A DNA stretch of 62,969 bases, counting the filler, from Reticulomyxa filosa (Eukaryota > Protista > Foraminifera): NCBI GenBank assembly GCA_000512085.1. It is 15 parts of 15 records of this genome, joined end to end, with 100 filler letters (N's around TTAATTAATTAA, not from the genome) between each part and the next. Parts side by side here need not be neighbours in the genome. Positions count along the whole stretch, not along the records: positions 21,181 to 27,889 come from ASPP01019162.1; positions 27,990 to 30,791 come from ASPP01011665.1; positions 30,892 to 32,202 come from ASPP01010496.1; positions 32,303 to 34,216 come from ASPP01005470.1; positions 34,317 to 38,273 come from ASPP01001218.1; positions 38,374 to 41,833 come from ASPP01038478.1; 9 more parts are not named here. One strand, written 5' to 3'. Position 1 is the stretch's first letter; each line of letters opens with the position of its first letter. The notes below the pieces were generated by a model that had not been told where the DNA came from, did no database searches, and saw nothing but the letters and a program-made list of their open reading frames with translations. The translations under genes and the position numbers were made by a program. Shown piece by piece: positions 26,366-39,472 of this stretch.

Positions 26366-27306
26366 CTAATGTCCATGTTTTCCCTTTGGTAGTTTGCCTT
26401 TGAAAGCTTTGTGTTTGTCTTCGCTTTGATTTCCATAATAATAACTACAAAGCAGCAAAGCGCCAAAGAACAAGAGCAAGCGAATGACCAGCCGTATCCA
26501 AAAGCTAGGGGGTCGATATTCGGGCTTCCAATTTGTGTAAGGGAATAGTTTGCCATCATGATCCTTCATTATGGCTTCTCGTCCATGATCCGTCAGAATG
26601 GAACCATGTGCGTCGAGTAGGACCAAGCATGGGATCAGTCCCTCTTTATTTAGCTCGCCTCTAATGTAAGATACAAAGGCCCAATATTTTCCATTTTATT
26701 ATTTTTTTTTATTGTTTTTATTATTTTGTTCAATCAAAAAAAAAAAGTTCATATTAGTTTCAAAAAAAAAAAAAAAATTGAAGTTTTTGGGGAAAAAAAA
26801 AAAGCCAAATTAGTAAGTATCAATGGAACTGTAGTTTTTTTTCTTCGATCGGTTTCATCAAATGGAATCATCAGCCAATCTCCCATTGCTTCTCGGAAAT
26901 AGTCGTTTGCTTCTTTTTTACTCTTGTCCGAAGATACAAAGACAATTTCCATTTTTTGTTATTTTGCCGAAAACGTTCGTACGTTTTTTTTTTTTTTTTT
27001 TTTGCAATGCGCAAAAATACAAAAATAAAATGTGTCTAGTTCTTCCTCTTCCTCTTAAAAATTCGAATAAACTTTGTTTTTTTTTTAACACGGCTTTGTG
27101 TACCTTTCTTTCAGAATTGGGGTAAATTGCCTGCACGGCGGGCACCAGTGTGCTGAAAAGTAGACGCCAACGCAGTCGTGGCCTTCCAATCTTTTTGCGT
27201 CCACAGTCGAACCATCTTTTGTTACAAATGTGTCTCCCAATAGCAAATCCAAACTTTGGACCTTTTTTTTTTCAATCGTGTCACCTCCTGATTTCAGATC
27301 AGCCAT
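26366..27306 (-). CDS. Nucleoredoxin/tryparedoxin-like thioredoxin with a C-terminal TM segment
   Basis: VGVYFSAHWCPPCRQFTPIL, MEIVFVSSDK...WLMIPF and IPCLVLLD...GR...FPY, followed by hydrophobic FWIRLVIRLLLFFGALLLCSYYY. The exon joins need homopolymer corrections. Confidence 0.85.
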
Positions 27307-28041
27307 TATTATTATTATTTCCCCCTTTTTTTTGTCAGCAAAGCCGAACGTGAGCGTAGGAATTTATTTGATATGAAATAAGAATGCATGAAGCGCTTTT
27401 TTTTTTTTCTCCTACAAATTGACGCGGAAGAATCTAATATGCAAGACAGGACAACAGCAGTCTTTCCAAACAATTGTTGATTTGAGATGATGCTTTATGA
27501 AGGTTTTTTAGAAACAGCCAAAAAAAAAGTAACAAATGGACATAGCAAAAAAAAAAGGACGATTCAAGGAGGGTGACAAATAATAAAAGATGGAAGTAAA
27601 GTTTAAGAGAGGAGAAGAAAAAAAATTAAAACATGACACAAGAGATAATGGCTGAACATCCTCTCCCAATCAACCAGTAATTAAACAACAACAAAAACGA
27701 ATAATATTTGTTTGCGAGAGGGATTGTTTCAAAAAAAAAATTACAAAAACACGACAACAACAATAAAAAAAAAAAGCGAAAAATGGAAGGAAAAAAAAAA
27801 AGTATTTTTGATAAATTTTTTATGTGTCACCCTCTTTTTTTTTTTTTTGTTTTTCCCTCCTTTCCTAAAACATTTACAACAACAACAACNNNNNNNNNNN
27901 NNNNNNNNNNNNNNNNNNNNNNNNNNNNNNNNNTTAATTAATTAANNNNNNNNNNNNNNNNNNNNNNNNNNNNNNNNNNNNNNNNNNNNTATATATATTT
28001 TTTTTTTTTTTTTCCATAATAATCCCTACCCTCTTTTCCAA

Positions 28042-29320
28042 CTTGGTAGCAGTGCAAGGTGCTATCAACAGCTCTGTTATCATTTTCAACGCAGTTGCCA
28101 CATTCACAATGGCCAATGGGTCCACAGTCGATTCGACATTTGTCCCCACTCCACGCATTTTTCCACCTTTGGTAGAGCAAGTACGTATAATACGTATACG
28201 ACTCTCGGTAGCTGACCCCATCTCCAAGAGTCGTCTTCGAAATCACCGACACGTTGCTGTCGCTGTCGCTGTCGCTGTCGACATAAATTCGATCGGGCCG
28301 CGACACCAAGCCGGGATATGGCATATTGCTAAACGTCAACCATTTGTCATCCCCGTCGTTGTCAATACCAAACAAATCCATAAATCGCAATGATTTGCTC
28401 GAATTTCTCCTCTCAAAACAAAACAAAACAAAACAAAAAAAGAGTTATATAAATACAACAAAGGTGAAAGATATCTTACGTTTTGCTTATTCCTCTCTCC
28501 TTTTTTTTTTTTTTTTAATTGTTTTACTTGTGTAAAATTTGGTCTTACATTTCTTGAATATTTTCCACAAAGTTTGGAGTTGAGTCCGGTCAAATACAAA
28601 TGCGGGGCACTCCATTCTTTGTAAAAGTTCATATCTCCAACTAAAATTGTCAGTATTTTGCTTGCATCGGATTCTTTCATTGCTCACATTTTGCTTGCTG
28701 ACAATATCTTCATCTTCATTACCATATGTACGTCTTTCATGTTGGAATAGCATTATTTCGACCACTTCTTGTATTTGTTTACATTGCAATTGCTTGTCGT
28801 AGCTTAAGTGCGTGACGTATACGTCTACGTATACATCATGCGCCAATTTGATTCGAGTACGAAGCAAAAATCGCTCGTTGCGATCGTCTGTTGAAACGCT
28901 GTGCAAAGCAAACATTCGCTCATTAATTATTGGATATTTGCTGATTATTGCAAGTCCCTCTTTTAGCAATGACTGATCGTTTGAACCTTTCGATAACATT
29001 TGCTTGTCTGTTGGCTGAAATGATACGTATGGATACTTCTCTGCACTTACATATTTTCGAAGATACATTAATTGATCGTCGGCATTATAGGGATCTCCAT
29101 ACTCTCGTGTAAAGCTATCAGATCCATGTGGAACAGAGTAAATTTCCTGCAATGTTATAATATCTGGAGAATACATTGATATTGTCTCCGCAATGTGCAA
29201 AAACCTTACTTGCCACGAAAACATGTAATTCCACATATTATAATTGAGTACACTCAACGACATTGAAGATGCTGGAGAAAATAATACTATAAAAAACGGC
29301 CAACAGTACCTTTCAAACAT
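28042..29320 (-). CDS. Secreted EEP (endonuclease/exonuclease/phosphatase) family hydrolase, 3'-partial
   Basis: Signal-peptide-like start, then LSVLNYNM, PDIITLQE, GLAIISKYPI, VTHL, LVGDMN and RPDRIY in order. There is one frameshift at ~28690, and the gene runs into the gap. Confidence 0.85.
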
Positions 29321-29923
29321 TATCAGCACTGAACTTTTTATTAAGGGTTTAAAACGCCTAAAACGTTCACTTTAATGCAAACACATTTATGCGTTTTTTA
29401 ATTTTAAAATGTCTTTTGTCACAGCCATGTCTTAGCTAAAATTAGGTCCTGCACTTTTTATGGAAACTTACAAAAAAAAGATAATACAATGGTCACATAT
29501 CATAATATCTAAAAAATCAATTGTATATTTAGTAACTTATAAAAATTTTGTTTGCTAAAAAAATTTTCACCAAAACAACACATTACAATTTTTGATATCC
29601 CTTTAATATTTGCAATCTTTTTTTAAACACTACTGTTCCAAAAAGATCACGCGCTGACCACTATAATGTGGTTGTGTTCATTTCTTGGTCATTCATTTTC
29701 CGAAAGCATGACAACATTTCTTACTTGATGTTACAATTTGTTGGATAGTAGTTGTTACGATTTTGCACTTATATCAAAATTTTGTATTACATCCGTAAAG
29801 AGTATCTCCTCAGAACAGTGCATACTTTTTCCAAGAACAAAAGACAAAGAGAGGGCGCCTTACAATAATCCCTTTTTTTTTGAAGAACAAGAGCGTAATA
29901 AAAAGAGTAAAATCTTTTTGAGA

Positions 29924-30720
29924 ATGCTTCGCTATGGTTCGTATTTGAAGTCCAAGCAGGGCTTGTTGCAACATTGTCGGTCCATCAACCATGCGCCATC
30001 CGCATGTCGGTTGAGCCACCGACTGTACTCAATTGATACCCCACCAGAGCAATTGCAAGGCAATGTTCCAGCATTGAGTGATAACATTGACATGAAAAAC
30101 ATATCTTTGCAAGTGAAGGGTGGTCGTAGTTCAGTGTCTGGCATCCGTGCGACAGTGTTTGGTGCCACCGGGTCTTTGGGTTCCTACATTGTGAATCAAT
30201 TAGGTAAATACCTGTGTTGCTTTTAATAATGTTGCTCTCCTAAAAAAAAAACAAAACAACAACAGCAACAAAAAAAAAGAAAAAAACGATTAATTGTATT
30301 TTCGTGTTATTGTATTGTGTGTTGTAACTTTGACGATGGACCGTAACCAGGTCAAATTGGTTCACAAGTGATTATTCCATACAGAGGAGATGGCAGAGAA
30401 ACCTCACATATGAAACTGATGGGTGACTTGGGTCAAATTGTGCCATTGCCGTATCAAATCCGTGACAAACGTTCAGTGGAGCGAGTGGTACGTTTGTTTG
30501 TTTGTTTGTGTATATTATTTATATGTGCAATCGATATTAACTTTAACATTATTTTTGAAAGCTTAAACTTTAAAAAAAAATAAGTATTCGTAAAAAAAAA
30601 AAATAATAATATTAGATTAAAGGGTCAAATGTGGTCATCAACTGCATATCCAAAAGAAGAGAATCTGCTAACTTCAGATTTCACGATAATCACGTAAATG
30701 CGACACATATGATTGCCAGA
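29924..30720 (+). CDS. NDUFA9: Complex I 39-kDa subunit NDUFA9, 5' part (3 exons visible)
   Basis: Presequence-like N-terminus, then [38 protein letters not shown] and SNVVINCI. Truncated by the gap. Confidence 0.92.
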
Positions 30721-30958
30721 GTTTTGTTATAAAATCACGTTTCACTAACTATGTGTCCAATCCTCGTCCCTCTTTGTACAAAAAAAAAAAANNNNNNNNN
30801 NNNNNNNNNNNNNNNNNNNNNNNNNNNNNNNNNNNTTAATTAATTAANNNNNNNNNNNNNNNNNNNNNNNNNNNNNNNNNNNNNNNNNNNNTTTTTTTTT
30901 TTTTTTTTTAAAATTTTTTTTTTTTTTTTTTTTTTGAATAGATAAAAAAAAAACAGAC

Positions 30959-32150
30959 CAGCAAACAAATGTTCCATGAATAAATTAAAACCGACTTTGT
31001 CCTCCAAAACCTCATGTAAAGTGATATTGCGCAGCTTTGTGGTGAAGGCCAATCTGGATGTGTGTTGCTCCACATGTCCACCTTGCCATGTTTCAATCTG
31101 GGTCGCTCACGGAGCAAATTTGCGCCAACTTCGACATCAATGGCACCCAGTTGCGCAGCTTCATTTTGCAACGTACTTGTGGTAGTAACAATTACCGAGG
31201 CTTCTTTAGCGCCCGGTCTATTACTGTTGCTATTGTTTTCCGGATCAAATCCCTCCAAAGCGATTTCGGTGCTGCTGGTTCTATTGGCCACGGAGTCTGC
31301 TACCAAACCCATGCCTTGTGTGAACGAATCTTCATTTTCGTTTCCGGTTTTGTACGTAAGATACGGCGTCAACGTTTTAGCGTGTCTACTGGAAAAGCGC
31401 GTCACAGCTGCCATGTGCACCTGCGCGGATATGTCTGTGTTCATCTTTTGGGTGGCTTGCGGGTCACTACCTGCGTTCTTGGGATTTGTTCTGGGTGTCG
31501 ATGGAAACACGCCAAAGCAACGACAAAGGGACTCAAGACAACAGCTGAACGTGTCATACTCCGATACCACGAGATATGCCGCATTGCGATGTAAGACTTG
31601 TGCTGTTACACTCATTCCAAATGCCCACACCCCAAGAGCTGTAATTTTTTTTTTTTTTTTTTTTGTTTTATTATCGTATATTCCATTTTTTCCCCAAGCC
31701 AAACATGTACACATTAATTTTGAAGTAGGCAGAGTGATGTGTCCATATACATATACGCATACTTTTTTTCTTTTTTTTTTTTTTTTTTTTGTTGAGCAAG
31801 ATATATGTACATATATTTAGTGTATTGTATATACCGAAATAAACATTTTACACGCATGCAAATATACGACAGAGAAGGAAGTACGAAAACTAAACATAAG
31901 ACTAAAGGACTGATCCACCACAGACGACGATTGAACATCCATATGATGGCCATAACCGCGAAGCTTGTCAAAACGCAAAGGGCCACGATAATGACGGTCA
32001 TCATTTCCTCTCGGACATTGAAAATATCCCGATACGAGGGCAGCGATTTCCACAACATATTGCAAGTATTATTTTGGACAATGGAAAGCCTATTGATAGC
32101 GCTGCTGTGACAACTAATCGTAACTTCATTACAAACGTCCTTCAGTAAGG
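30959..32150 (-). CDS. Multi-TM protein followed by the start of an RGS domain (7TM-RGS-like), partial
   Basis: YRDIFNVREEM is followed by TM helices, a long linker and LHEVLEDKVGFNLFMEHLFA (RGS helices 2-3, just before the EFS motif). Both ends are cut by gaps, and there is a frameshift at ~31075. Confidence 0.65.
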
Positions 32151-32302
32151 TTCAATTGCAACAATAGAACAAAATCATCACCCCCCCCAAAAAAAAAAAA
32201 AANNNNNNNNNNNNNNNNNNNNNNNNNNNNNNNNNNNNNNNNNNNNTTAATTAATTAANNNNNNNNNNNNNNNNNNNNNNNNNNNNNNNNNNNNNNNNNN
32301 NN

Positions 32303-34070
32303 CTTGTTCTGCTTTTTGAGTCAAGTCTTTCATGAGCTTTTGAATTTCTTTGGGCCATTTTCTTCTTTCTTGCTCTTGTGGATCCGGTGTCGCTTCTGGT
32401 TTGTTCAAGTCTTCGCCATTTTCTTCGGGGGATTTGGTCTCTTGTACCTTTTTTTCAAATTCAACTACTTGTTTTTCCAATTTTTCGATTTCACTTTTCA
32501 GTGTTGTGTTCTCTTGTTCCATTTGCACACGTTTTTCCGTTTTTTTTTTTTTTTTTTTTTTGTAATTTGATTTGCGCAAATGCGTCAAAAAAAAAAAGTC
32601 AGTTTCACAATACAAGTTAATCACCTCAAATTTTTTTTCATTTTCTTGTAATGCTGTTTGAATGGCTTCATATTTTTGCTTAATCGACTCTTCTGTTGTT
32701 TTTCGCCGTCAATTGGCAATAGAAAGCATCACACATTACATATATACATATACATTATAAATAAAATCACACAAAGAGACTTGACATTTTAATTAGACCT
32801 GAGGGAGTAATGAGAGACACCTCCATGAAAACGGATACACCTAATTCTCCATTGTTTTGCTATTTGGTGATACCAATGACACAAACAATTACTCAACGAA
32901 TATCAGTTTGACCGTATATGAAATATAAAGCACATTGCAAAACAAAAAAAAAAAGATATGTTTGAGCTGCTTACTGCTTTGAGTTTTTCAACATGTCGCA
33001 ACAATCTTCCGCAATGCAATGGTTTGACCTTCAGATCTTGTGTCATAACGGTTGGGTTCAAATCGTTGAGCAAGACTTCTCCGTTCACATTGTCCTCGAC
33101 AAATTGTTTCGCATAAATCTCAAAGCCGACTTTTCGCAGCCAAAACGCGACCTCTTCCGGACTCCAATTTTGTGCGTATTGCTCAAGTCCAAAATTTTCA
33201 CTTTCCTCGCTTTTCTTGGACAGATATTTCCACCATGCTTTGGTGGCGGCCGGCGGTGCTTTACCTCGATTCGACAGTGTAGATTTCTTTCGATGATGAG
33301 CGACGCCACGAATAACAACTGAGCTATTTTTGGTATGCACACTTTCTTGTGACAGCCGAGCCGTCTGGGATCGTTGAACAGGTTGTGGATTTTCAGTCTC
33401 TGTTTTATCTCCTTTCAGTACTGTTGTTTCCGATCTGGAGCGAGCGTTATCGACTATGGAACATTTCACATATACATAACATATATAACACATGCATAAA
33501 TAAGAAGGAAAAAAAAAAACAAACAAACGGTTAGAGTCTTGCCGTTCCAAAGTTTCAAGTTCTGGAGTTCCTGGACCGTCCGTTTTTCTGTCCGTGTCAA
33601 TTACAATGTCATGTCTTGATCCTTGAGTATTTGGTGACAATAACTCCGTTGAAACGTTGTCATTCATTTCTGTATCTTCTTCGGTTGATGGCAAGGTCAA
33701 GCCTAATTGTTCTCCGACTTCTTGAATGACTTGTTCTGCTTCCTCCAAGGCCTTTGGAGACTGATCAGGGTCTGAGTTGTCTTTGTCAGACTCCAAATAA
33801 CCCTTTGCACATTGTAAAATTTGTATGTACATATTAGTTGACGCTCATATGTGTATATGTACATACATATGCATATATATGCGTGGAACTAATGTGACGT
33901 AACATCTCTTTTGGCTAATTCAACAGCCTCGTTTGCAAGGTCCAATTCTTTTTTGATTTCATTCATTTCAATTTCAAAGTCTTTAGTCATCTGGTCCATC
34001 TTTTCTCGATATTGTTCAATTTGCTTTTTCAGTTGATCGGTTATCGTTTTCGCACGTTCGTGTTCCGCTG
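32303..34070 (-). CDS. Coiled-coil + SAM-domain protein, internal fragment
   Basis: QNWSPEEVAFWLRKVGFEIYAKQFVEDNVNGEVLL...DLKVKPLHCGRLLRHVEKL is a SAM domain, flanked by coiled-coil exons. Confidence 0.75.
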
Positions 34071-34639
34071 TAGTATTTATTCCAATGGAATATTGGCATC
34101 AAAAAAAAAGGGGTGAAGTATGGAGGGGGGGGAGAGGGAGGTAATACATACAAACATGAAAAATGGAATGAGAAGAAGAGTAAAAAAAAAAAAAAAAAAC
34201 CAAAACGAGGAATAATNNNNNNNNNNNNNNNNNNNNNNNNNNNNNNNNNNNNNNNNNNNNTTAATTAATTAANNNNNNNNNNNNNNNNNNNNNNNNNNNN
34301 NNNNNNNNNNNNNNNNCAACTTAGAAAAAGCTTCCAAACAGTATTATTCACATTTGCAGAAGGCTCTTTGCGAGTTTCCGGAGCGGATGCCTTCGGCCTC
34401 ATCTCATGTTAATGAACTTTTATTTTTGTCATACCGCCATGGTGAAGGTATTTTGTACATTTTTGTCCCTTCCCTAAAGCATTGGCTTTTTTTCTAGTTT
34501 TGGCTTTTGGCCGCCAATGATGATGAATGGCTCTAATATTTTTATATTTTTTTTAATAATCTTCTCAAATGATTGCACCTCCATCAGATTAGTAGAATGT
34601 TTGCAAATGAACATGATGCAATAAGCTTTGAATAATATT

Positions 34640-35655
34640 TGTTTATTGGTAAATATGTGGAAAATAGTTTTTCTCCAGAAAAGACACAGTCAATCACATT
34701 CAAAAACAAGACAATAAATTTCCTCCAATCTGATGGAGTTCCAATAATTGAAACAGATCATGTCAAGTATTTGGTATTGATAATAGATTTACAATTGAAC
34801 TATCAACAACACATCAATTACATCTATTGAAAGGTTACCTTAAATTAGGATATTTGACGTATTTGTGTTCCTACGAATGAATTCCGCTATCATTATCTAT
34901 TTACACACTACATTCAAAACAATCATTCGTCCTTCTCTGGAATATGCTTGGTTTTTTGGAATGGTGCAGAAGTTCATAAAAAGGAAATTATAAAGAATCG
35001 CTATATGTAGAATTTTGGTAGTTATGGATGCAACTGCGTACGATTCCACCCCTTGAATTAAGACGACAAGAATGATCAACGACTTATTCAATGGTCCGGA
35101 AGATTTCACAATCACAATTTTTAGATGTGGAAAAAACACAATAACACAACAAATTCTAATTACATCATTGACAGGCAAATTATCGACTTTATCTAATGGT
35201 CGCATCCATGCAGCTGAATTGAAAATCCCACAAGTAGAACCTGATTCACAAAGCCATACTTCAACACCACCAATGAAAGTGACAACAATTCTACATTCAG
35301 AAAAATCACAATTTGCAAAGTCCATTGAACAAACAACCTGATTTACATCAAACTATAAACAAAACATCACTAGTTCTAAATGATTGCTGATTAAGCAAAT
35401 CATTTACAGCAGTGTTAAATCGACATTGGATAAATGAAGGCAGTAAAGTCACTCGACACAAATTTCCCAAGGCTTAGAGAAGCTCGGTCATTCAAAAAAA
35501 CAGTTTTTCATCGACTTACAGTTGGAAAACGCAGATTGATCACTGAAAAGGTCGGACTGAACAAGTATTTGCACAAAATTCAGAGATCTGACTCCATTTT
35601 ACAAATGGTGTGACAGAGAATCAGATTCAGTCGAACATTTCTTGAAGTGTCACAT
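34640..35655 (+). mobile_element. Degenerate non-LTR retrotransposon (LINE) ORF2 3' fragment
   Basis: RT thumb motifs FSPEKTQ, VKYLVLIIDLQLNYQQHI and KTIIRPSLEYA, plus a C-terminal zinc-knuckle relic GLNKYLHKI...KWCDRESDSVEHFLKC. Many stops. Confidence 0.8.
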
Positions 35656-37178
35656 TACAACTTGTTGTGTGGAAGATAATCCCGTTTCTTAATTATTACA
35701 ATTTTTGTCTTTTCCTTATTTCTGTTTTTTGTTTTTGTAAGTGCTTGTGTTCATTTTGGACGATGTATTTTTGTTTGGGACGCTTAGTTAAAAAAATTTC
35801 TTCAATTTTATTTTTAATGAAGTTTGTTCGATTCCGAATACATATCCAAATCCTTAATGTCTTGTATCAAAGTGAAAATATATTGCTTTCACTGTTATGT
35901 AGTTCAAAATGAACTTCAGATTTCAACAAATATTGAAGTTAATAACACTGAATTGTAGATTTGTTTGTTTGAAATATAAATTTTGACTAAATCTAATTTC
36001 ATTTTAAAAGAACTTAAATTGATAATGACAAATTTTGATCATCAAACAATGTGAAATTTCCAGTTAAAGAAATAACGTATTCTTCTTAAAGTTCATACTA
36101 TCAATGAAAAAAGTTTCATCTATTTAAAATCAAAAAGTGACTCTAAAATGCCCTTTTTTTGATCAAATTTGTTCAAATGTGCAAAAAAATATTTTTTATT
36201 AACTTGTACTTGTGTTTGGTGTATTTTTATAATAATAAAAATAATAATTCTTTTTCAGCGTCCAGTTTTCGATCTATACAATAATCAAACAAAAAATTTG
36301 ATAACTTGTTTTTTAAAAACAATATTTTTCATTTATAATCTTTTAAAAAATCAGAACTCGTTGACATTTTCATCAAAGAGCCAGTGTCATGTTCTTTTCT
36401 TTTTAAAGTTTATCAATTTCATTTTGTTTGTAACTACATGTTTGTGCGCTTTCGCGAGAGCAAAAAAAAAACGGCCAAGACGTTCAAATATAAGAACGGA
36501 ACAAAGAAAAATTAAACAAACAAAAAAAGGGTGCCTGAACTAACAGAACAATACTATGCAACATGTTATTGGTTCTTAAAAAAGTATCAAATTTTGAACT
36601 GTTTTTTATTAAAACATGTAATAAAACGTTATTGCAGGAAAAAGTATGTTTGTTTTCTTCGATGTGATATTTGATTTATCGTTATCAATTGCATATATTA
36701 ATGTTTCGCCATATTGTAATCTAGTTATATCATGTTCTTGGAATGAGTAATTCGAATTTATGAATGATAACAATAAATTTCATTTCTCCTTGCATTACCA
36801 CCAGAAATTGAGTTAGAAATTGAACTATGCTTTTGTAATTATATTCATTGTATACATTGAATTCTGGCATAAAAATATTCAAATAAATCTTTTGATAATT
36901 ATTGCATTGTCCATAAAATCTTTTTGTTTGTCGGTATGTATCAGTTTGGGCCAGCGTGTCCAACTTTTGAAAAAACAGGAGTTATGCAAATATAATTTGC
37001 TTGCAATCTTTACATTCAGAATAAGCATAAAATGAAATTTTTAAAGCAAAACGCGATTTGTGGACTAAACTGTTGGAACACAAAAATTTTCTGAGAGTAC
37101 AAGGGAGTGTCTCTTCTCCCAAAAGAATCCTGGAATTGCGTTACATTCTTGCAGTTTTTGCGTAGTTTTCTTTATACA

Positions 37179-38273
37179 ATGTCCTTAAGCTGGCGCGAAT
37201 CGATAAAAAAGAAAGTCTCTGATGTTGCCTCCGCAGAATTGACACACTCTCTTGCAAACCACTTGTCTCATGCACTGACATCAACAAAGCAAAATGCTTC
37301 GTCCGCGATGACATTTTTGAAGCAATTGGCAACACACGAGCCAGAGCAACATGTAGAAGCACAAGAATTAGGAGTATATTACGTGACACCAAGAATATTG
37401 GCGATGCCATTTCCACGGCAAGAGACATTGTTCAGTCACACGCCATTTGAAAAAACAAGAACGCAACACAGCATTGTGAACAAACTTACTCATATCATAA
37501 GCGAGTCGTTGGCAGAAAAAATAAGTCGCTATTTGAATGAATATCATCAAGGTCGTTACATGATCTGGAACTTGTCTGAAATCTCGTATGGCAGTGACTT
37601 GTTATCAGTAAGTTCCATCAAGCCAACACATTTGAGAGTTTTACGCGATTGTTTTAACAAACCGCGCTTATTGCATACGACATTGCACATGTGATACATT
37701 ACATACATATGTGTATATGTAGTTGTTTTCTGACCAAGTGATTGAGTTCAAATTCCCTGGATACCCATGTCCACCGTTGCAACAATTATTTCAATTGTTG
37801 ACCAGCATCGATAGTTGGCTAAAGGCAAATGAGGACAACATTGCGGTTATCCACTGTCGGGTGTGTTTGGACTTGTGTATAAGTATGTCCAAATGAGTTG
37901 TTCCAACGACTTTGAAAAAAATAAAACAGACAGGAAAAGGCAGAACAGTAACTGCCATAAGTGCGTATTTGGCATGGAGTGGATACAAATCGAATCCAAG
38001 CGAGGCATTGAAACACACGTGTCAAGTGATGAATGGGACAGTAAAGTCGTTAACAATACCCTCGCAAACGCGATATCTGGCTTATTTAACCAAATTACTG
38101 ATTAACCGCGAAAAACCAAAGAGTAGAGCCGTGACAATTGAAAGAGTTATGTTGCACGGCATACCTTACTTTGAAGTATCGCCTCATTTCGATGATGTCG
38201 ACGATCACGACCAGATGGATCATCTGAACAAGTTTGACAAGGATAGCAAAGATGATAAGGATAGCAAAGATGA
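37179..38273 (+). CDS. PTEN/tensin-type phosphatase with the start of a C2 domain, 3'-partial
   Basis: YVTPRILAMPFP, YMIWNLSE, FPGYPCPPL, WLKANEDNIAVIHCR|TGKGRT (CX5R intact across the intron) and IPSQTRYL. Confidence 0.88.
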
Positions 38274-38544
38274 NNNNNNNNNNNNNNNNNNNNNNNNNNN
38301 NNNNNNNNNNNNNNNNNTTAATTAATTAANNNNNNNNNNNNNNNNNNNNNNNNNNNNNNNNNNNNNNNNNNNNATACATTATTTACCAACAGCACAGTCC
38401 TTTTTTTTTTTTTTTTTATAAAAAAAAAGAGGGTCCCCTTTTTTTTTTTAAATAAACGAGTCCCTTTTTTTAAAAAAAACCAGGTCCCTTTTTTTTAACG
38501 TTTTTGATGATTCATAAAACATTTTTAAAAAAAACACACTTAAC

Positions 38545-39254
38545 TTAAATTTTCCATTACGTGTTCCTGACACTTTTCCAGCAAGTTCACGATAAATACC
38601 AATCATTTGCACACGATCACCAGGCTTACAAGTATCCACTAAATCATCATCTACTAAACATTCAACTATTTGTGGCATCGAGCCTGCGATTGTGCGTTCT
38701 AGCATATCTTGCACAAACACTTTTTGATTATTTCGATGTGTGCTTAGCCCGTATTCTGTTGTAAGCGAATTTCCGTTTGAGTCCTAAAAAAAAAAAAAAT
38801 CCGATACAAACAAAACAAACTTTTTTTTTAAAAAATTCAATTATTCACATCTTACTTTAAACATAAAAAATTTTCATCATCAGCAAACTTTAAATAAACA
38901 AAAAAAACACCGAAAAACATTTTTATTGTAAAAATCAAATAATCTCTCTACAAACAATTTCTCTTTAGAATACATCATTCAAATAAATTAACTAACTTTG
39001 ATAGGATATACCGAACCGGTTGGAAGTCCTGTCATTGCGGTGGCATCACGATATGACTGGACATGATATTGCTTCGTCGGTTCGCAGTAATGGACCGTCT
39101 GGACCACTTTTGGACGAACTAACGAAATTTTCGTCACTATTCCTTCTAGGCACATCATTTGCGTCAAGTTATGTGCCATCAATTGTTGGGGTGTCACTCG
39201 TTGCGCACCAAAACCCCCTTTTAAACCAATCTTGTACACTTGATTAGCCATTTC
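38545..39254 (-). pseudogene. MCM3: MCM3 fragment (two exons), lacking the 5' exons and diverged
   Basis: EGIVTKISLVRPKVVQTVHYC, LTTEYGLS and DDDLVDTCKPGDRV are MCM3 motifs. The conserved QEMPE...GQLPRS reads QDMLE...GSMPQI. The acceptor AG at 39256-39255 has no upstream MCM3 exon in the contig. Confidence 0.7.
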
Positions 39255-39472
39255 CTATTGTTGTCTCTTTTTTAAGAAAAATCTTCTTAATATAAGTATG
39301 CTTTCTTTTTTGCAACGCATACATAAATTAATCTCATTACATAAATCAATCTAGTATTTACTATTTCACAGTCAAAACATGTTCAACTAATAAAGTCTCC
39401 TTTTTTTTGTTAAACAAATTTCAAACTTGATTTGCAATATCTTCGTTATAATTTTTTACAAAAACAACAGCA

